From: an uncultured Solirubrobacterales bacterium
GTDB lineage: Bacteria; Actinomycetota; Thermoleophilia; Solirubrobacterales; Solirubrobacteraceae
Reading direction: 5' to 3'
DNA length: 64,000 nt
NCBI GenBank assembly: GCA_963748895.1
Contig: CAVVKF010000001.1
Location: 480,983 to 544,982 of the forward strand
The position numbers and the translations under genes are program-made. Positions 9,199-20,034 of this stretch are shown piece by piece. The notes below the pieces were generated by a model that was given only the letters and a program-made list of their open reading frames with translations, was not told the DNA's origin and searched no databases. Every line of letters begins with the position of its first letter. Within the stretch, counting starts at the first letter, position 1.

Positions 9199-10095
9199 GC
9201 GACCGCAGCAACCTGGTCGAGCTGCGCGAGGAGGTACGGCCGGCCGGTCCGTACAGGCTGCCAAGGCGAAATGGCATGGATGGGGTGACGCGTCGCCGCG
9301 GCGGCGTGTTGGAACGACTGCTGCATCACGAGGACGCGCCGGTGGTGGTGCGCGTTGCTCAAACGGCCCCGGACAGAGTCATCTTCGGCGCACGCGCCCA
9401 GACACACGAGGCCGCGAGGTACGGCATCGCAAGGATGCGGTTCGCGCTCGCGGTGGACGACGACCTGGGGGCATTCCACCGCCGCTTCGCAGACGACCAA
9501 ATGATCGGGCGCTCGGTGCGGGCGCGCCCGTGGCTGCGGGTGGGACGCCGCCCGGAGCCGTTCGAGGCGCTCGTGTGGGCGGTATGCGAGCAGCTGATCG
9601 AGTACGAGCGCGCGGCAAAGATCCAGAGCCGGCTGGTGACGCGCCTCGGACGGCGCTGGACGGGCAGCGGGATGCAGGCGTGGGCAAGCGGGTTGCGCGA
9701 TCTGCCGACGGCCGCGAAGCTGGCCGCAACGGCGCCGGCGATGATCGAGTCCTGCGACCTCGCGGCGGCGCGCGCGATCGCGTTGAGAAGGGCCGCGCGC
9801 GAGGTTGCACAGGGACGCGTGAACCTGCGCGACCCCGCCGAGCACGAGCGCGGCTGGAAGCGGCTGCGCGCGATCGCGGGCATCGGCGCGTGGACCGTGG
9901 AGATGATGGCGCTGTGCGGCCAGGGCCGCTACGACCAGCTGCCCGCGGGCGATCTCGGCCTGCTCGAAGCTGGTCGGACGCAGACTAAGCGGCGGCAATC
10001 CAAAGGCCCGCGCGGAAGAGCACGAGGTGCGCGCGTTCTTCGCCGATTACGGCGAGTGGGCCGGGCTCGCCGCCGTGCACATGCAGGGTCTGTAG
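9195..10095 (+). CDS. alkA: DNA-3-methyladenine glycosylase AlkA (HhH-GPD family); indel near 9966; start approximate
   Basis: PFEALVWAVCEQLI, HhH L.AIAGIGAWT, LPAGDLG. Confidence 0.75.
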
Positions 10096-10112
10096 GCCCT
10101 CGCGACAGGCCC

Positions 10113-11142
10113 TTATTCTTCGCTCTTCCCGATCCCTTCCCCGGGCAGGAACTCATTGGTGAACGGCGGCAGGGCGGTGTTCGGGCTGTGGCGCAGCAGG
10201 CCGTGGGCGAACATCCAGCTCGCCGAACGCCACCCACGCCGTGGGGTTCTGGTAGCCGATAGGGCTTGCCGCCGGCGGGGAGCGCCGCGGGCAGAGTCCG
10301 TTCGATCGAGGCGAGCTGCAGCTTTCCTTCGAGCGAGGGGTTGGCCTTCACGAGCAGCGTCGCCGCGGCGGCCGGATCGGCCCGCACGGCGCGCTCGCCG
10401 CGGGTGAGCGCCTGCAGGAACGCGCGCAGGTCCTGGCCGTCGGTGCGCGCCTCGTCTTCGCGGACGACCAGCACGAGCTCGTCGTAGGTGGGCACGCCCG
10501 CCTGGTCGATCGGGATCGTGACGGGGTGCTTGTGCAGCAGCTGCGAGCTGGAGCGCCTCGTAGTTCCAGTAGCCGCCGAGCGTCGCTGCGACCTTGCCGG
10601 AGAGCATCGCGGGGACGAGGTTGAAGCCGACGTTCACTTCGTGCACCGAGGACGGATTGACGCCGGCGCTCTGCAGGGCGGTCTTCAGCTCGGCCGCCTG
10701 GTAGGGGATGCCCGCCGTGCCGACGGTCTTGCCGGCGAGCTCGGCGACGCTCGAGATGTGCGATGAGGGCAGCGCGATGATCGACGTCAGCGGGTCGCTG
10801 GACGAGCGCGCCGATCGAGACCAGCTTCAGGCCTTCGTCGCGGGCGAGCAGCAGCTCGGGCTCGTAGGAGATCGCCATGTCGACCTTGCCGGCCGCCAGC
10901 AGCTTCAGCGGTTCGGCGGTTTCGGCGGGGATCACCGGCTTCACGTCCAGCCCCGACGGCGCGGAAGTCGCCGGCGGCGATCGCCGAGTAGAGCGGCGCG
11001 TGGTCGGCGTTGGGGAACCAGTCGAGCATCACCGTGAAGGGCTTGGTGTGAGCCGCGGTAGATCGTGTCCTGCTTGGCGCCGCAGGCGGACAGGGCAAGG
11101 GCGCAGGCGACGGCGAGCACAGGCGGCGAGTCTGATCTTCAA
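10113..11142 (-). CDS. ABC substrate-binding lipoprotein, NMT1/THI5 (ThiY-like); several indels
   Basis: LDWFPNADHAPLY, KVDMAISYEPELLLAR, GGYWNYE, PTYDELVLV spread over shifted frames. Confidence 0.8.
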
Positions 11143-11926
11143 CGGAGGTCTCCTCTTGGTTGGTTGGCCCACGGCGCCAGGCGGCGCTCGACCAGGGCAA
11201 GGGTGTAGAAGCAGGCGATCGCGAACGCGAACAGCACGACCGCGGCCGCGTAGGCGCGCGCGGTCTGCAAGCGAGGTGAGGTCGGCGTTGATCTCGTGGC
11301 CCAGCCCGGCGTAGGCACCGGAGGTGGCAGTCTGGGACTCGGCGATGTAGGCGCCGATCACGCCGACCGTGACGGCGATCCGCGCGCCGCTGATCGCTGC
11401 CGGCAGCGCCGCCGGCAGCTCGGCGAAGCGAAAGGCCTGCCAGCGCGAGGCGTCGAGCGTGCGCAGCAGCTTCAGCTGGTCGGGGTCGACGGCGGCGAGC
11501 CCGTCGACGGTCGTGACGACGACCGGGAAGAAGCAGATCAGGACGATCACGATCAGCTTTGGGAGCAGACCGAAGCCCCAGCAGGAAGACGAGCAGCGGG
11601 GCGATCACCGCGATCGGCACCGCCTGGGAGCCGACCGTGAGCGGGTAGCAGGCGCGGCGCAGGGGCGGCGAGAGGTGGATCAGCACCGCCGAGCGCGAAC
11701 CCGAGCGCCAGCGCGAGCGCCAGCCCGAGCGCGACCTCCTCGGCGGTGACGCGAGGTTGTGAGCAGAGCAGCCCGGCGTTGCCCCACAGCGACTGCGGCG
11801 ATCGTGTGGGGCGCCGGGAGGATCGAGGAGCTCGTCGCGCCCGAGTCGACGTAGAGCTCCCACGCGCCGAGCAGCGATGGCCACGAGCACGATCGCCGGC
11901 AGGGCGTTACGACGGCGGCGCCTCAT
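11139..11926 (-). CDS. ABC permease, SsuC/ThiX-like; several indels
   Basis: SQAVPIAVIAPLL, FFPVVVTTVDGL, EAA-like loop ASRWQAFRFAELPAALP. Confidence 0.8.
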
Positions 11927-12713
11927 CTGACGTCGCCCAGCCCCAGCGCGATCAGAGCCTGCTCGCGCAACGCGAGCGACCGCGGCGTCCGTGCGCGAGC
12001 GGGGGCGGGGGAGGTCCACCTCGAGCTCCGCGCGCACACGGCCGGGCCGGGGGGAGAGCACCGCGACGCGATCGGCCAGCACGACCGCCTCCTCGACGTC
12101 GTGGGTGACGAGCACGACCGTGCGCGGCTCGCGCTGCAGAGCCCGGCCCAGCCAGCCCTGCATCTCCGCGCGCGTGATCGCGTCGAGCGCCCCGAACGGC
12201 TCGTCCAGGCACAGGACGGGCTTGCCCGAGAGCAGCGTGCGCAGGAACGCCACGCGCTGGCGCATCCCTCCGGAGAGCTCGTGCGGGTGGGCCGCCTCGA
12301 AGCCCTCAAGCCCAAGCTCCGCGAACAGCTCCGCCGCCTGCGCGCGCGCCTGCGGCGCGCGACGGCCGGCGATGCGCAGCGCGAGCGCGGCGTTGTCGAC
12401 CGCGCTCAGCCACGGCAGCAGCAGGTCGCGCTGGGGCATCAGCGCCGCCGGCGCGCACTCGACCGCGCCCGCGATCGGGGGCTTGCAGGCCGCAGATCAG
12501 CTCCAGCAGCGTCGTCTTGCCGCAGCCGCTCGGACCGACCACCGCGAGCAGTTCGCCGTGGTCGGCGTGCAGCGACACGCCGGCGAGCGCCTGCACCGAG
12601 CGCGCCGTCGCCGATCGAGGTAGGCGCGGCTGACATCGCTGAGGCTGATGCCGTCGCTGCGCGCGAGCCATCCGAGGTGTACGGTGCGCGCGGGACTGCA
12701 GTTCGGTCGGCAC
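11923..12713 (-). CDS. ABC ATP-binding protein, SsuB/ThiZ-like; several indels; start approximate
   Basis: GPSGCGKTT, MPQRDLLLPW, LSGGMRQR, CLDEPFGALD. Confidence 0.8.
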
Positions 12714-12715
12714 TG

Positions 12716-12820
12716 TCGCTCCCTCCGCGGGCATTACCCCACAGGTTCAAAGGGTCGGCGCCGGGGGAATCGCTTCCTGTGCGCCATCTCAGCCGGCCTT
12801 GCCCGCCAGCCCCCCTGTTA
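12716..12820 (-). ncRNA. TPP (THI-box) riboswitch
   Basis: Minus strand AGGGGG..GGCTGAGA..ACCCTTTGAACCTG..GGTAATGCC.GCGGAGGGAG matches the TPP aptamer consensus; directly upstream of an NMT1/THI5 ABC operon. Confidence 0.92.
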
Positions 12821-12915
12821 TCTCTGCCCGCTGATGCTACCGCGCGGGATGGGCGTGTTGCGATCCCTTGCCAGCGATCCCGGTCGCCCGTATGGCGCCT
12901 GCCGCGTGGCGCCGC

Positions 12916-14309
12916 CTACAGCGCCGAGGAGACCGGCCGGGTGAGCGCGCGCACGAAGTCCTCCAGCTGAGCTGTCGTCCAGCACTCAAACGCGGTGCAG
13001 AACTGCTCGTAGGCGGCGATCACCGAGTCGCCGTAGTTCCAGTACAGCCGCGGCTCGGGGTTCAGCCAGAACGTGCGTCCGGCGCGGGCCGCGAGCCGGG
13101 CGAACAGGTCCGCGCGGGGGTCGCGGCCGTTGGTGCGCGCGTCGCCCAGCACGATCACCGTGGCGCGCGGGTGCAGATCTTCGCCGACCAGCTCCAGCAT
13201 CTCCGACCAGACGCGCCCGTAGTCGGTGTAGCCGGAGATGTCGGCCACGCCCGCGTCGGAGGAGATCCGTTCGTAGACCGCTTTGAAGTTGCGCTCGTGC
13301 GCGAAGATGTCGGTCACCTCCGAGACGCGCTCGATGAACACGAACGAGCGCATCTTGCGAAACGAGTCGTGCAGAGCGTGGAGCACCGACAGGAAGAACA
13401 CCGACGCCGAGGTGACGCTCGTGGATACGTCGCACAGCACGTAGATCTCCGGACGTCGCGGGCGCCGCGGGCGGTACTTCAGCACCACCGGCACGCCGCC
13501 GGTCTGCAGCGACGCGCGCATCGTGCGCCGCACGTCCACGTGCGCGTGGCGGCGGTGCCCGCGCGCCTGCATGCCCTGCGTGGCCAGGCGGCGGCGCAGC
13601 TGGATCACGACGCGGTGCACGGCGGCCAGATCGGCCAGCGGCCCGGAGGGCAGCGCGCGGTCGAGCTCGCCCAGCGGTCGCGACGGGGGCAGGCTGCCGG
13701 TGCGCTCGATCTGGCCGCGCTCGAGCTCGCGTCGCAGCAGCGCCTCGAAGCGGCGCAGCGCATCGCGCGGCAGGCCCTCGCGCCGGGGGTCCTCGGCGCG
13801 GCAGCTCGGGCTGGGGCTCGGTGCGCAGGCCGAGCGCGCGGCGGATGCGCTGAACGTCGACGCCGATCACGCCCGAGCCCTCCTCGCGCCGGCCGAAGCG
13901 CGGCGATCGCCATCCGCGCGAGGTCGCGCATCGCCGCCTCCGAGCCATCCCTCAGTGCAGCCGCGATGCGGGCTCGCAGCGCTTCGAGGTCTTCGGGGGA
14001 GAGCTCGTCGAGGTCGATCGCACCCGGGGACTGCGATGGATCGCCCTCGCGCACGTCCTCGCGCAGCGCCGCGAGCTCGACGGCGCGGAAGAAGAAGCGC
14101 TCGAACACCAGCTCGAACACGCGCCGGTCCTCCTGGCTCTTGGCCAGAGTCGCGGCGAGCGCCTCGCGGAAGTCCTCCTGCTCGGTCCAGGACACCTCGC
14201 GCAGCACAGCGAACGCGTCCAGCAGCTCAGAGGTACCGACCGCCACGCCTTCGAGGCGCAGCTCCTCGCCGAGCTCGAGGATGCGGGCCGGCAGGCCCTC
14301 AGGCGGCAT
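12916..14309 (-). CDS. VWA-domain CoxE-like protein; indel near 13890
   Basis: DVRRTMRASL.TGG.P, MIDAS LCDVSTSV, TDYG, LGDARTN, WLNPEP; N-terminal half in ORF 13605-14309. Confidence 0.8.
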
Positions 14310-15201
14310 CGGCGGCGGGCGCCCGGAGCTTCAGGCCGACGCGCTCGGAGACGATGTCCATGTCGGTGCGGTGCTTGACGATCACCGACATCGTTTCCCT
14401 GAACGTGACCTCGTCGATGTCCTCGGCGCCGAGCAGCAAGAGCGCTCGTGCCCAGTCGATCGACTCGGCGATCGACGGCGGCTTCTTCAGGTCCAGCTCG
14501 CGAACCATGCCTACGACCTCGACGAGCCTGCGGGCAACGGTCTCCGACAGTTCCGGTGCGTGCAGGCGCACGATTTCCAGCTCGTGCTCGAGCTCGGGGT
14601 AGTCGAGCCACAGGTACAGGCAGCGGCGCTTGAGCGCCTCCGTCAGCTCGCGCGAGTTGTTCGAGGTGAGTAGTACCACCGGGTGCGTGCGCGCCTCCAC
14701 GCGGCCGAGCTCTGGGATCGAGATCTGGAAGTCGGAGAGCACCTCCAGGAGCATCGCCTCGAACTCCTGGTCGGTCTTGTCGATCTCGTCGATCAGCAGC
14801 ACGACCGGCTCGGCGGAGGCGATCGCGCTCATCAGCGGACGGGCCAAAAGGAACTCCTCGCCGAAGATGTCCTCCTGCACCGCCTCCCAGCCCGTGTCTG
14901 AGGCCTCCGCCTGGATGCGCAGGAGCTGCTTGCGGTAGTTCCACTCGTACAGCGCCTTCGCCTCGTCCAGGCCCTCGTAGCACTGCAGCCGCACGAGCTC
15001 GCGGCCGAGATACAGCGCGAGCGACTTCGCCAGCTCGGTCTTGCCGACGCCCGCCGGCCCCTCGACGAGCACCGGCTTACCGAGCTTGGTCGCGAGGAAT
15101 GCCACGAGCGCGGTCGACTCGCCGGGCAGATATCCGACCGCGCGCAGGCCCGCGGCGACATCTGCGACGGAGGCGGGCGCCGAGGACAAAGGGGCGGACA
15201 T
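14299..15201 (-). CDS. MoxR-family AAA+ ATPase (CoxD-like)
   Basis: [47 protein letters not shown]. Confidence 0.9.
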   Translation of the reverse strand: MSAPLSSAPASVADVAAGLRAVGYLPGESTALVAFLATKLGKPVLVEGPAGVGKTELAKSLALYLGRELVRLQCYEGLDEAKALYEWNYRKQLLRIQAEASDTGWEAVQEDIFGEEFLLARPLMSAIASAEPVVLLIDEIDKTDQEFEAMLLEVLSDFQISIPELGRVEARTHPVVLLTSNNSRELTEALKRRCLYLWLDYPELEHELEIVRLHAPELSETVARRLVEVVGMVRELDLKKPPSIAESIDWARALLLLGAEDIDEVTFRETMSVIVKHRTDMDIVSERVGLKLRAPAADAA

Positions 15202-15222
15202 CGTCCGCGCAATAATAGGCGC

Positions 15223-15984
15223 CTACCGCTGGTCGGGCTCGGGCGCCGGGTCGGACACGAGGTTTGGCTCGGGGTGTAAGGCGTGGTCCTCGAAGGACAG
15301 CTGCTCGGTCGCGTCGTCCGCGCCGACGGGGCGGCGCGGCGCGCGGTGGGGCGGCGCGGTGCGCGGCGCCGGCGGGCGGCGTCCGATGCGCGCGATCGGC
15401 GCCTCGCGATCGCTCGGGGATTGGTTGAGGGGCTCAGAGGAGGGCGCCCGGCGCGCGAGCGGCGGCTCGGGCTCGCGTGGAGAGTCAGGCCGCCGCGGAC
15501 GACGCACCAGCGGAGCCTCGGGCCGAGCGCCGGCGCGCATTCGCGAGCCGGCGGCCGCGAGTAGCCCGGCGGCCGCAAGCGCGAAGAAGATGCCCCATTG
15601 GATGCCGACGTTCGCGGCGACGCCATGGGTCGTGATCCCGGGCTTGTCGAACAAGCGCAGCACGAGCAGCAGAGCTACCCAGACCCCCGCGGCGAACACG
15701 ACCGCGCCGTCGCCGCCGGGCAGCTGGAAGGAGCGTCGCTCGCCGCGCGCGAACAGCAGGTACAGCACGGCCAGGGCGACGAGCATGACGGCGGCCTCGA
15801 CGAACGAGAAGACCTGGAACGCGTTCAGATTGCGACTCTGCAGCGGCGCCGCGCGCGGGGCGTTGACGACCGCGTTCTGTTGGTACCACGGCAGGAACAT
15901 CGTCACGAACAGCGCCGCCGAGGCGCCGCCCGCAAGACGCTGGTCGGGCGTCAGTGCTCGCCATGCGCTGCTCAATCGTGTCAT
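15223..15984 (-). CDS. Four-TM membrane protein with Pro/Arg-rich tail
   Basis: FLPWY motif, hydrophobic segments, TAGACT 6 nt before ATG. Confidence 0.6.
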   Translation of the reverse strand: MTRLSSAWRALTPDQRLAGGASAALFVTMFLPWYQQNAVVNAPRAAPLQSRNLNAFQVFSFVEAAVMLVALAVLYLLFARGERRSFQLPGGDGAVVFAAGVWVALLLVLRLFDKPGITTHGVAANVGIQWGIFFALAAAGLLAAAGSRMRAGARPEAPLVRRPRRPDSPREPEPPLARRAPSSEPLNQSPSDREAPIARIGRRPPAPRTAPPHRAPRRPVGADDATEQLSFEDHALHPEPNLVSDPAPEPDQR

Positions 15985-16135
15985 GCAAGCAGTCTAGGGT
16001 TGCCCCCCGGCGGCAGGGCCCGGTTAGCTCCCCTCAGGTATCTCATCCCCAACGAAAAATACGGGCTAAAGGCCAAAGGCCCTCACCCGCAAAATCACAC
16101 GATACCGGTGGACGCTTCGCAGTAAAGTCCGCTAC

Positions 16136-17707
16136 TCAGTGCGCCTTCGCGCCCTTCGCGACCGTTATCGTGCCGCTGGCGGTGGCGAAGTTGCCGGCCA
16201 GGTCGGTCGCGGTCAGCGTGACCGCATAGTTGCCGCCCTTCGCGGGGGTGGGCCACAAAAGTTTCGGCTTGCCGCGTTCGACGGTCGCGCTGTTGCTGTA
16301 GACGACCGTGCCGCCGAGGCGGACGGTCAGGTGGACAGTCGAGACCTTCGACAGCGACAGTTGCACGCCGGCGCGTGAGCTCGTCGGCAGCGTGGAAGTG
16401 ATCAAAGAGATCACCGGCGGCGTGTGCTCGTCGGCGGTGAAGGCTTCGGCGGTCGTGCAGTAGATCTGATCGCCGGCGATCTGCGTCGGGGTGGTGGTCG
16501 CCGTCGAGGTCGCCTGCGCGGTGTAGCGCGCGGCGCTCGCTCCGCCACTCGCGCCGCTCGTTTCCGTCGTGCCCCCGGCTGTGCCCCCAGCGGGCGTCGT
16601 CGTGGCGGGCGTCGTCGGCGTGGCCGGAGTCGCCGGAGCGGGCGTTGGCGTGGTCGCGAGCGGCTCGCCTTTGCGCGTGCGTTCGCAGAGGTGCTGCAGG
16701 AATTCCGTGAGCAGTTCGTGGTAGTTGAGGTCCGATTCGCCGAACTGGTCATACATCGACCAGGCGCCGGTGTCATAGAGGGACGTGTGCACCCGCTCTT
16801 CGGCGTCGCCCGCTTCGAACAGTGCCAGCCCGACGGAGTCCTTCGTGATCGACGTGTAGTCGTAGAGCCCCACCAAAGCCTGGATTTCCCCATTGAGGAT
16901 GCGGTCGGTGGGGGCGTAGGTGTACTCGAGGTAGTGCGCGCCCAGGGAACTGGTGACGCGCACTCCGGACGGAGGAGAGGTCTTGAAGATCCCGAGTGCT
17001 TCCTGGGCCGCCGTCAGAACGGCCGGTTCTTTGAAGCGCGACCAGTCGCGCGAGAGCACCTGCAGCGCAGTGCCTTGGGAGAGGCCGCTCGTCCAGGGGG
17101 GTAGGCCGCCGTCGAACTGGAACATGTACTCCCATGCGATCCCGTCGGCGCGCTTGGTCGCGAGCGGGATCAGTTCGGAGACGAGCTGCTTGAGGTTGTT
17201 GTTCTGGCCACCTGAGTAAAACCCGTTGCCCTCGCCGAAGGTGCCGAGCCATTGGATCTCGATTCCCTGACCTGAGTAGTACTCCCAGATGAGCTTGGAA
17301 CCGGGGAAGCTGATCCGCACCCGCGAGGCGAGCAGCGAGCCGGTCGTCCACCACGTGCGGTTGCGTTCCAAGGTCAGGAATAGCGCGGGCAGCCGCGAGG
17401 GGATGAACCCGCCGGCGGCGGCGATCGCCCGCACGTTCGCAACGATGGCGCCGAGTTCTGAGCGCCGCGTGCCAGAGAGCTTCTTCAGCGAGTTGACCGC
17501 CGCAACATAGGCCGAGTAGTCCTGCTGGTAGACGGCCGGCGTGATCGCGCCGCTGCGCTGCAGGCGCGAAAGCGCCGCCGAGACGCTCGGCCCGCTAGCC
17601 GGCTTGCCGGTGGCTTGGGCGGAGGCGACCCCGCCCAGGAGCGAGATGATCGAGACGAGCACGCCCAGGGCGAGCGCCCGCGGATGTGAGACGCGCACGG
17701 CGCGCAT
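16136..17707 (-). CDS. Secreted D-glucuronyl C5-epimerase family protein with T/P-rich linker and C-terminal beta domain
   Basis: Signal peptide; W.Y.F...PPWTSGLSQG, YLEY....RILNG...LVGLYDY, YDTGAWS.YD...NYH motifs. Confidence 0.7.
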   Translation of the reverse strand: MRAVRVSHPRALALGVLVSIISLLGGVASAQATGKPASGPSVSAALSRLQRSGAITPAVYQQDYSAYVAAVNSLKKLSGTRRSELGAIVANVRAIAAAGGFIPSRLPALFLTLERNRTWWTTGSLLASRVRISFPGSKLIWEYYSGQGIEIQWLGTFGEGNGFYSGGQNNNLKQLVSELIPLATKRADGIAWEYMFQFDGGLPPWTSGLSQGTALQVLSRDWSRFKEPAVLTAAQEALGIFKTSPPSGVRVTSSLGAHYLEYTYAPTDRILNGEIQALVGLYDYTSITKDSVGLALFEAGDAEERVHTSLYDTGAWSMYDQFGESDLNYHELLTEFLQHLCERTRKGEPLATTPTPAPATPATPTTPATTTPAGGTAGGTTETSGASGGASAARYTAQATSTATTTPTQIAGDQIYCTTAEAFTADEHTPPVISLITSTLPTSSRAGVQLSLSKVSTVHLTVRLGGTVVYSNSATVERGKPKLLWPTPAKGGNYAVTLTATDLAGNFATASGTITVAKGAKAH

Positions 17708-17801
17708 CCTACGGACGATCCTCCTCGACTCTGCAGGGCCCATTGCAGCCCCCGAAACTCTCGCGAGGAGAGGGAGTTGCGAAATAAGCGACAATCGAGT
17801 G

Positions 17802-18245
17802 ATGCTGGAGAGCATCTTCCCGATCGTGGTGTTCGGAGCGGTCGGCGTGTCGGTTGTGATGTCGGTTGTGTTCCTGCTCGGCCGCTCCGGGAGCGTGTAC
17901 GACGAGATCGGCCAGGGCGGGATGACGCGCGACGACGAGGCCTTGGAAATGATGAGCGCACCGCCGCTGAGCAGCGCCGCGGACCGCGCCGAGCAGGAGC
18001 GGGAGATTAGGCAGATGCTCGGCGCGCGCAGCGCGCGGATGGTGCAGCGGGGCGAGCCGGCGCTGGACATCGACGCGGAACTCGCAAAGCTGCTGCTAGC
18101 GCCGGCGGCAGGGCAGGATGCAGGGCTCGAAGGGGAGGTGCGCCAGCTCGTGATCGCAAAGAACGAACGCCGCGCGCGTCAGGGGCTGGAGCCGTTGGAC
18201 GTCGCGTCTGAGGTGCAGCGAACACTCGCCGAGTTGAATCCTTAG
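17802..18245 (+). CDS. Hypothetical protein with N-terminal TM
   Basis: Coding-like ORF from ATG 17802; internally repeated R..RG..LD...E..R motif. Confidence 0.55.
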   Translation: MLESIFPIVVFGAVGVSVVMSVVFLLGRSGSVYDEIGQGGMTRDDEALEMMSAPPLSSAADRAEQEREIRQMLGARSARMVQRGEPALDIDAELAKLLLAPAAGQDAGLEGEVRQLVIAKNERRARQGLEPLDVASEVQRTLAELNP

Positions 18246-18290
18246 GCGTCGGGATTGCGGAGGGATGGGGAGGTCGGATATAAACGCCCC

Positions 18291-18620
18291 ATGGCCGACC
18301 CGCGTAGATACGAGCTCGACGAGCTGAGCATCCGCCCCGGGATGTATTTCAACCCGCAGACGGAGGTCGTCCTGATCGTCGACGACACGCCGGACGTCGA
18401 TCATGAGATCTTCGACGACGTCGAGCCGGGCGAGGGCGCCGATTGGGTGCTGATCTCCGACGAGGCGCCGGTCGACGAGCATCACCGGGACGAGCTGATC
18501 GAGAGCTTCCAGGTGACCTATCACCCCGCGGGGGAGCTGGTGGTGGTGGGGGAAGTGGACGAGGATGACGTCGAGAATGAGGAACTGGAGCCCGACGAGG
18601 ACCCCGACGAGCTGGATTAG
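18291..18620 (+). CDS. Small acidic hypothetical protein
   Basis: RPGMYFNPQTEVVLIVDD core, D/E-rich tail. Confidence 0.6.
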   Translation: MADPRRYELDELSIRPGMYFNPQTEVVLIVDDTPDVDHEIFDDVEPGEGADWVLISDEAPVDEHHRDELIESFQVTYHPAGELVVVGEVDEDDVENEELEPDEDPDELD

Positions 18621-18643
18621 TCGTGCTGAGCTCACGGCCGTCA

Positions 18644-18694
18644 TTGAAAAAACGCCCGTCTCTCCGCTACCCTTCACGTTGACTGACCAGTCAA
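18644..18694 (+). promoter_or_regulatory. Sigma-70-type promoter with a palindromic operator (TetR-like) at the start site
   Basis: TTGAAA 18644-18649, 18-bp spacer, TACCCT 18668-18673; perfect IR TTGACTG-AC-CAGTCAA 18679-18694. Confidence 0.6.
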
Positions 18695-18749
18695 TCTATT
18701 CCCGCGCGGTGCTCCCAACCCGCGCCCGCCCTTAGGAGAGCACGCAAGC

Positions 18750-19922
18750 ATGGTCGATTTCACGCTCACAGACGAGCAGAAGAACCTGCGCGAGATGGCG
18801 CACGATTTCGCCGAGAAGGAGATTCGCCCCGTCGCCTGGGAGTACGACAAGGACGGCACTTGGCCGCAGGACATCATCGAGAAGGCCTGGGACGTCGGCC
18901 TGATGAACTCGCACCTCCCGGAGGAGTACGGCGGCGCCGGCGCCAGCTACCTCGACGGCTGCCTGATCGAGGAGGAGCTGTCATGGGGATGCTCGGGCAT
19001 CCAGACCTCGCTCGGCTGTAACGGCCTGGCGACGGCGCCGATCGCGCTCGGCGGCTCGGAGGAGACCAAGAGGAAGTACCTCGGGATGCTCACCGAAGCG
19101 CCGAAGCTCGCGTCGTTCTGCCTGACCGAGCCGGACGCCGGCTCGGATGTCTCCGGTATGCGGACGACGGCCGTCAAGCAGGGCGATAAGTACGTGATCA
19201 ACGGCTCGAAGTGCTTCATCACCAACGGCGGCTACGCCGACTACTACACGGTCTACGCGAAGACCGACAAGGACGCCGGGCACCGCGGCATCAGTGCGTT
19301 CGTGGTCGAGCGCGACTGGGGTGTGGTCGTCGACAAGAAGGAGGACAAGCTCGGCCAGCGCGCGTCGAATACCGCGACGATCTCATTCAACGATGTCGAG
19401 GTCCCGGCCGAGAACCTGCTCGGCGAGGAAAACGCCGGCTTCAAGCTCGCGATGATGACGCTCGACCGCACGCGGCCCGGCGTCGCCGCGATGGCCACCG
19501 GCATCGCCCGCGCGGCCTTCGAGTTCGCCACCGACTACTCAAAGGAACGCGTCCAGTTCGGCGTGCCGATCGCGATGCACCAAGCGATCCAGTTCATGAT
19601 CGCCGACATGGCCACCGAAATCGAGGCCGCGCGCCTGTTGACCTGGAAGTCGGCGACGCTGCTCGATCAGGGCGCGCGCAACACGCTCGTCTCCTCGCAC
19701 GCTAAGCGCTTCGCAGCTGATGCGGCGATGAAAATCGCCACCGACGCGGTGCAGGTGTACGGCGGGTACGGATTCATCAAGGAGTACCCGGTCGAGAAGC
19801 TGTTCCGCGATGCCAAGATTATGCAGCTCTACGAGGGCACATCGCAGATCCAGCGGTTGGTGATCGCGCGCGAAACGCTGCTCCCGCGGCGCGTCGAGGA
19901 ACCCGCGGCGGTCGCCGTGTAA
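18750..19922 (+). CDS. Acyl-CoA dehydrogenase
   Basis: FCLTEPDAGSD, NGSKCFITNG, ERVQFG.PI, GGYGFIKEYPVEK, YEGTSQIQR. Confidence 0.95.
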   Translation: MVDFTLTDEQKNLREMAHDFAEKEIRPVAWEYDKDGTWPQDIIEKAWDVGLMNSHLPEEYGGAGASYLDGCLIEEELSWGCSGIQTSLGCNGLATAPIALGGSEETKRKYLGMLTEAPKLASFCLTEPDAGSDVSGMRTTAVKQGDKYVINGSKCFITNGGYADYYTVYAKTDKDAGHRGISAFVVERDWGVVVDKKEDKLGQRASNTATISFNDVEVPAENLLGEENAGFKLAMMTLDRTRPGVAAMATGIARAAFEFATDYSKERVQFGVPIAMHQAIQFMIADMATEIEAARLLTWKSATLLDQGARNTLVSSHAKRFAADAAMKIATDAVQVYGGYGFIKEYPVEKLFRDAKIMQLYEGTSQIQRLVIARETLLPRRVEEPAAVAV

Positions 19923-20034
19923 GACGGGCCGTGTGAAGCCTGCGCGTCTCCTCGGCGCGCGGGCAGCAGCTGGCCCCTTTATCTGTAAGGGAAAGTTCTT
20001 AAAGTAACTTTTACGAACTGCCGATCGCTCGATC

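Noticed and set aside
12916-15201. CO dehydrogenase gene cluster
   Set aside because: Only the CoxD/CoxE-like chaperone pair is present; no coxLMS in the window
16500-16660. Repetitive DNA inside the epimerase gene
   Set aside because: Encodes an ordinary T/P/A/G linker
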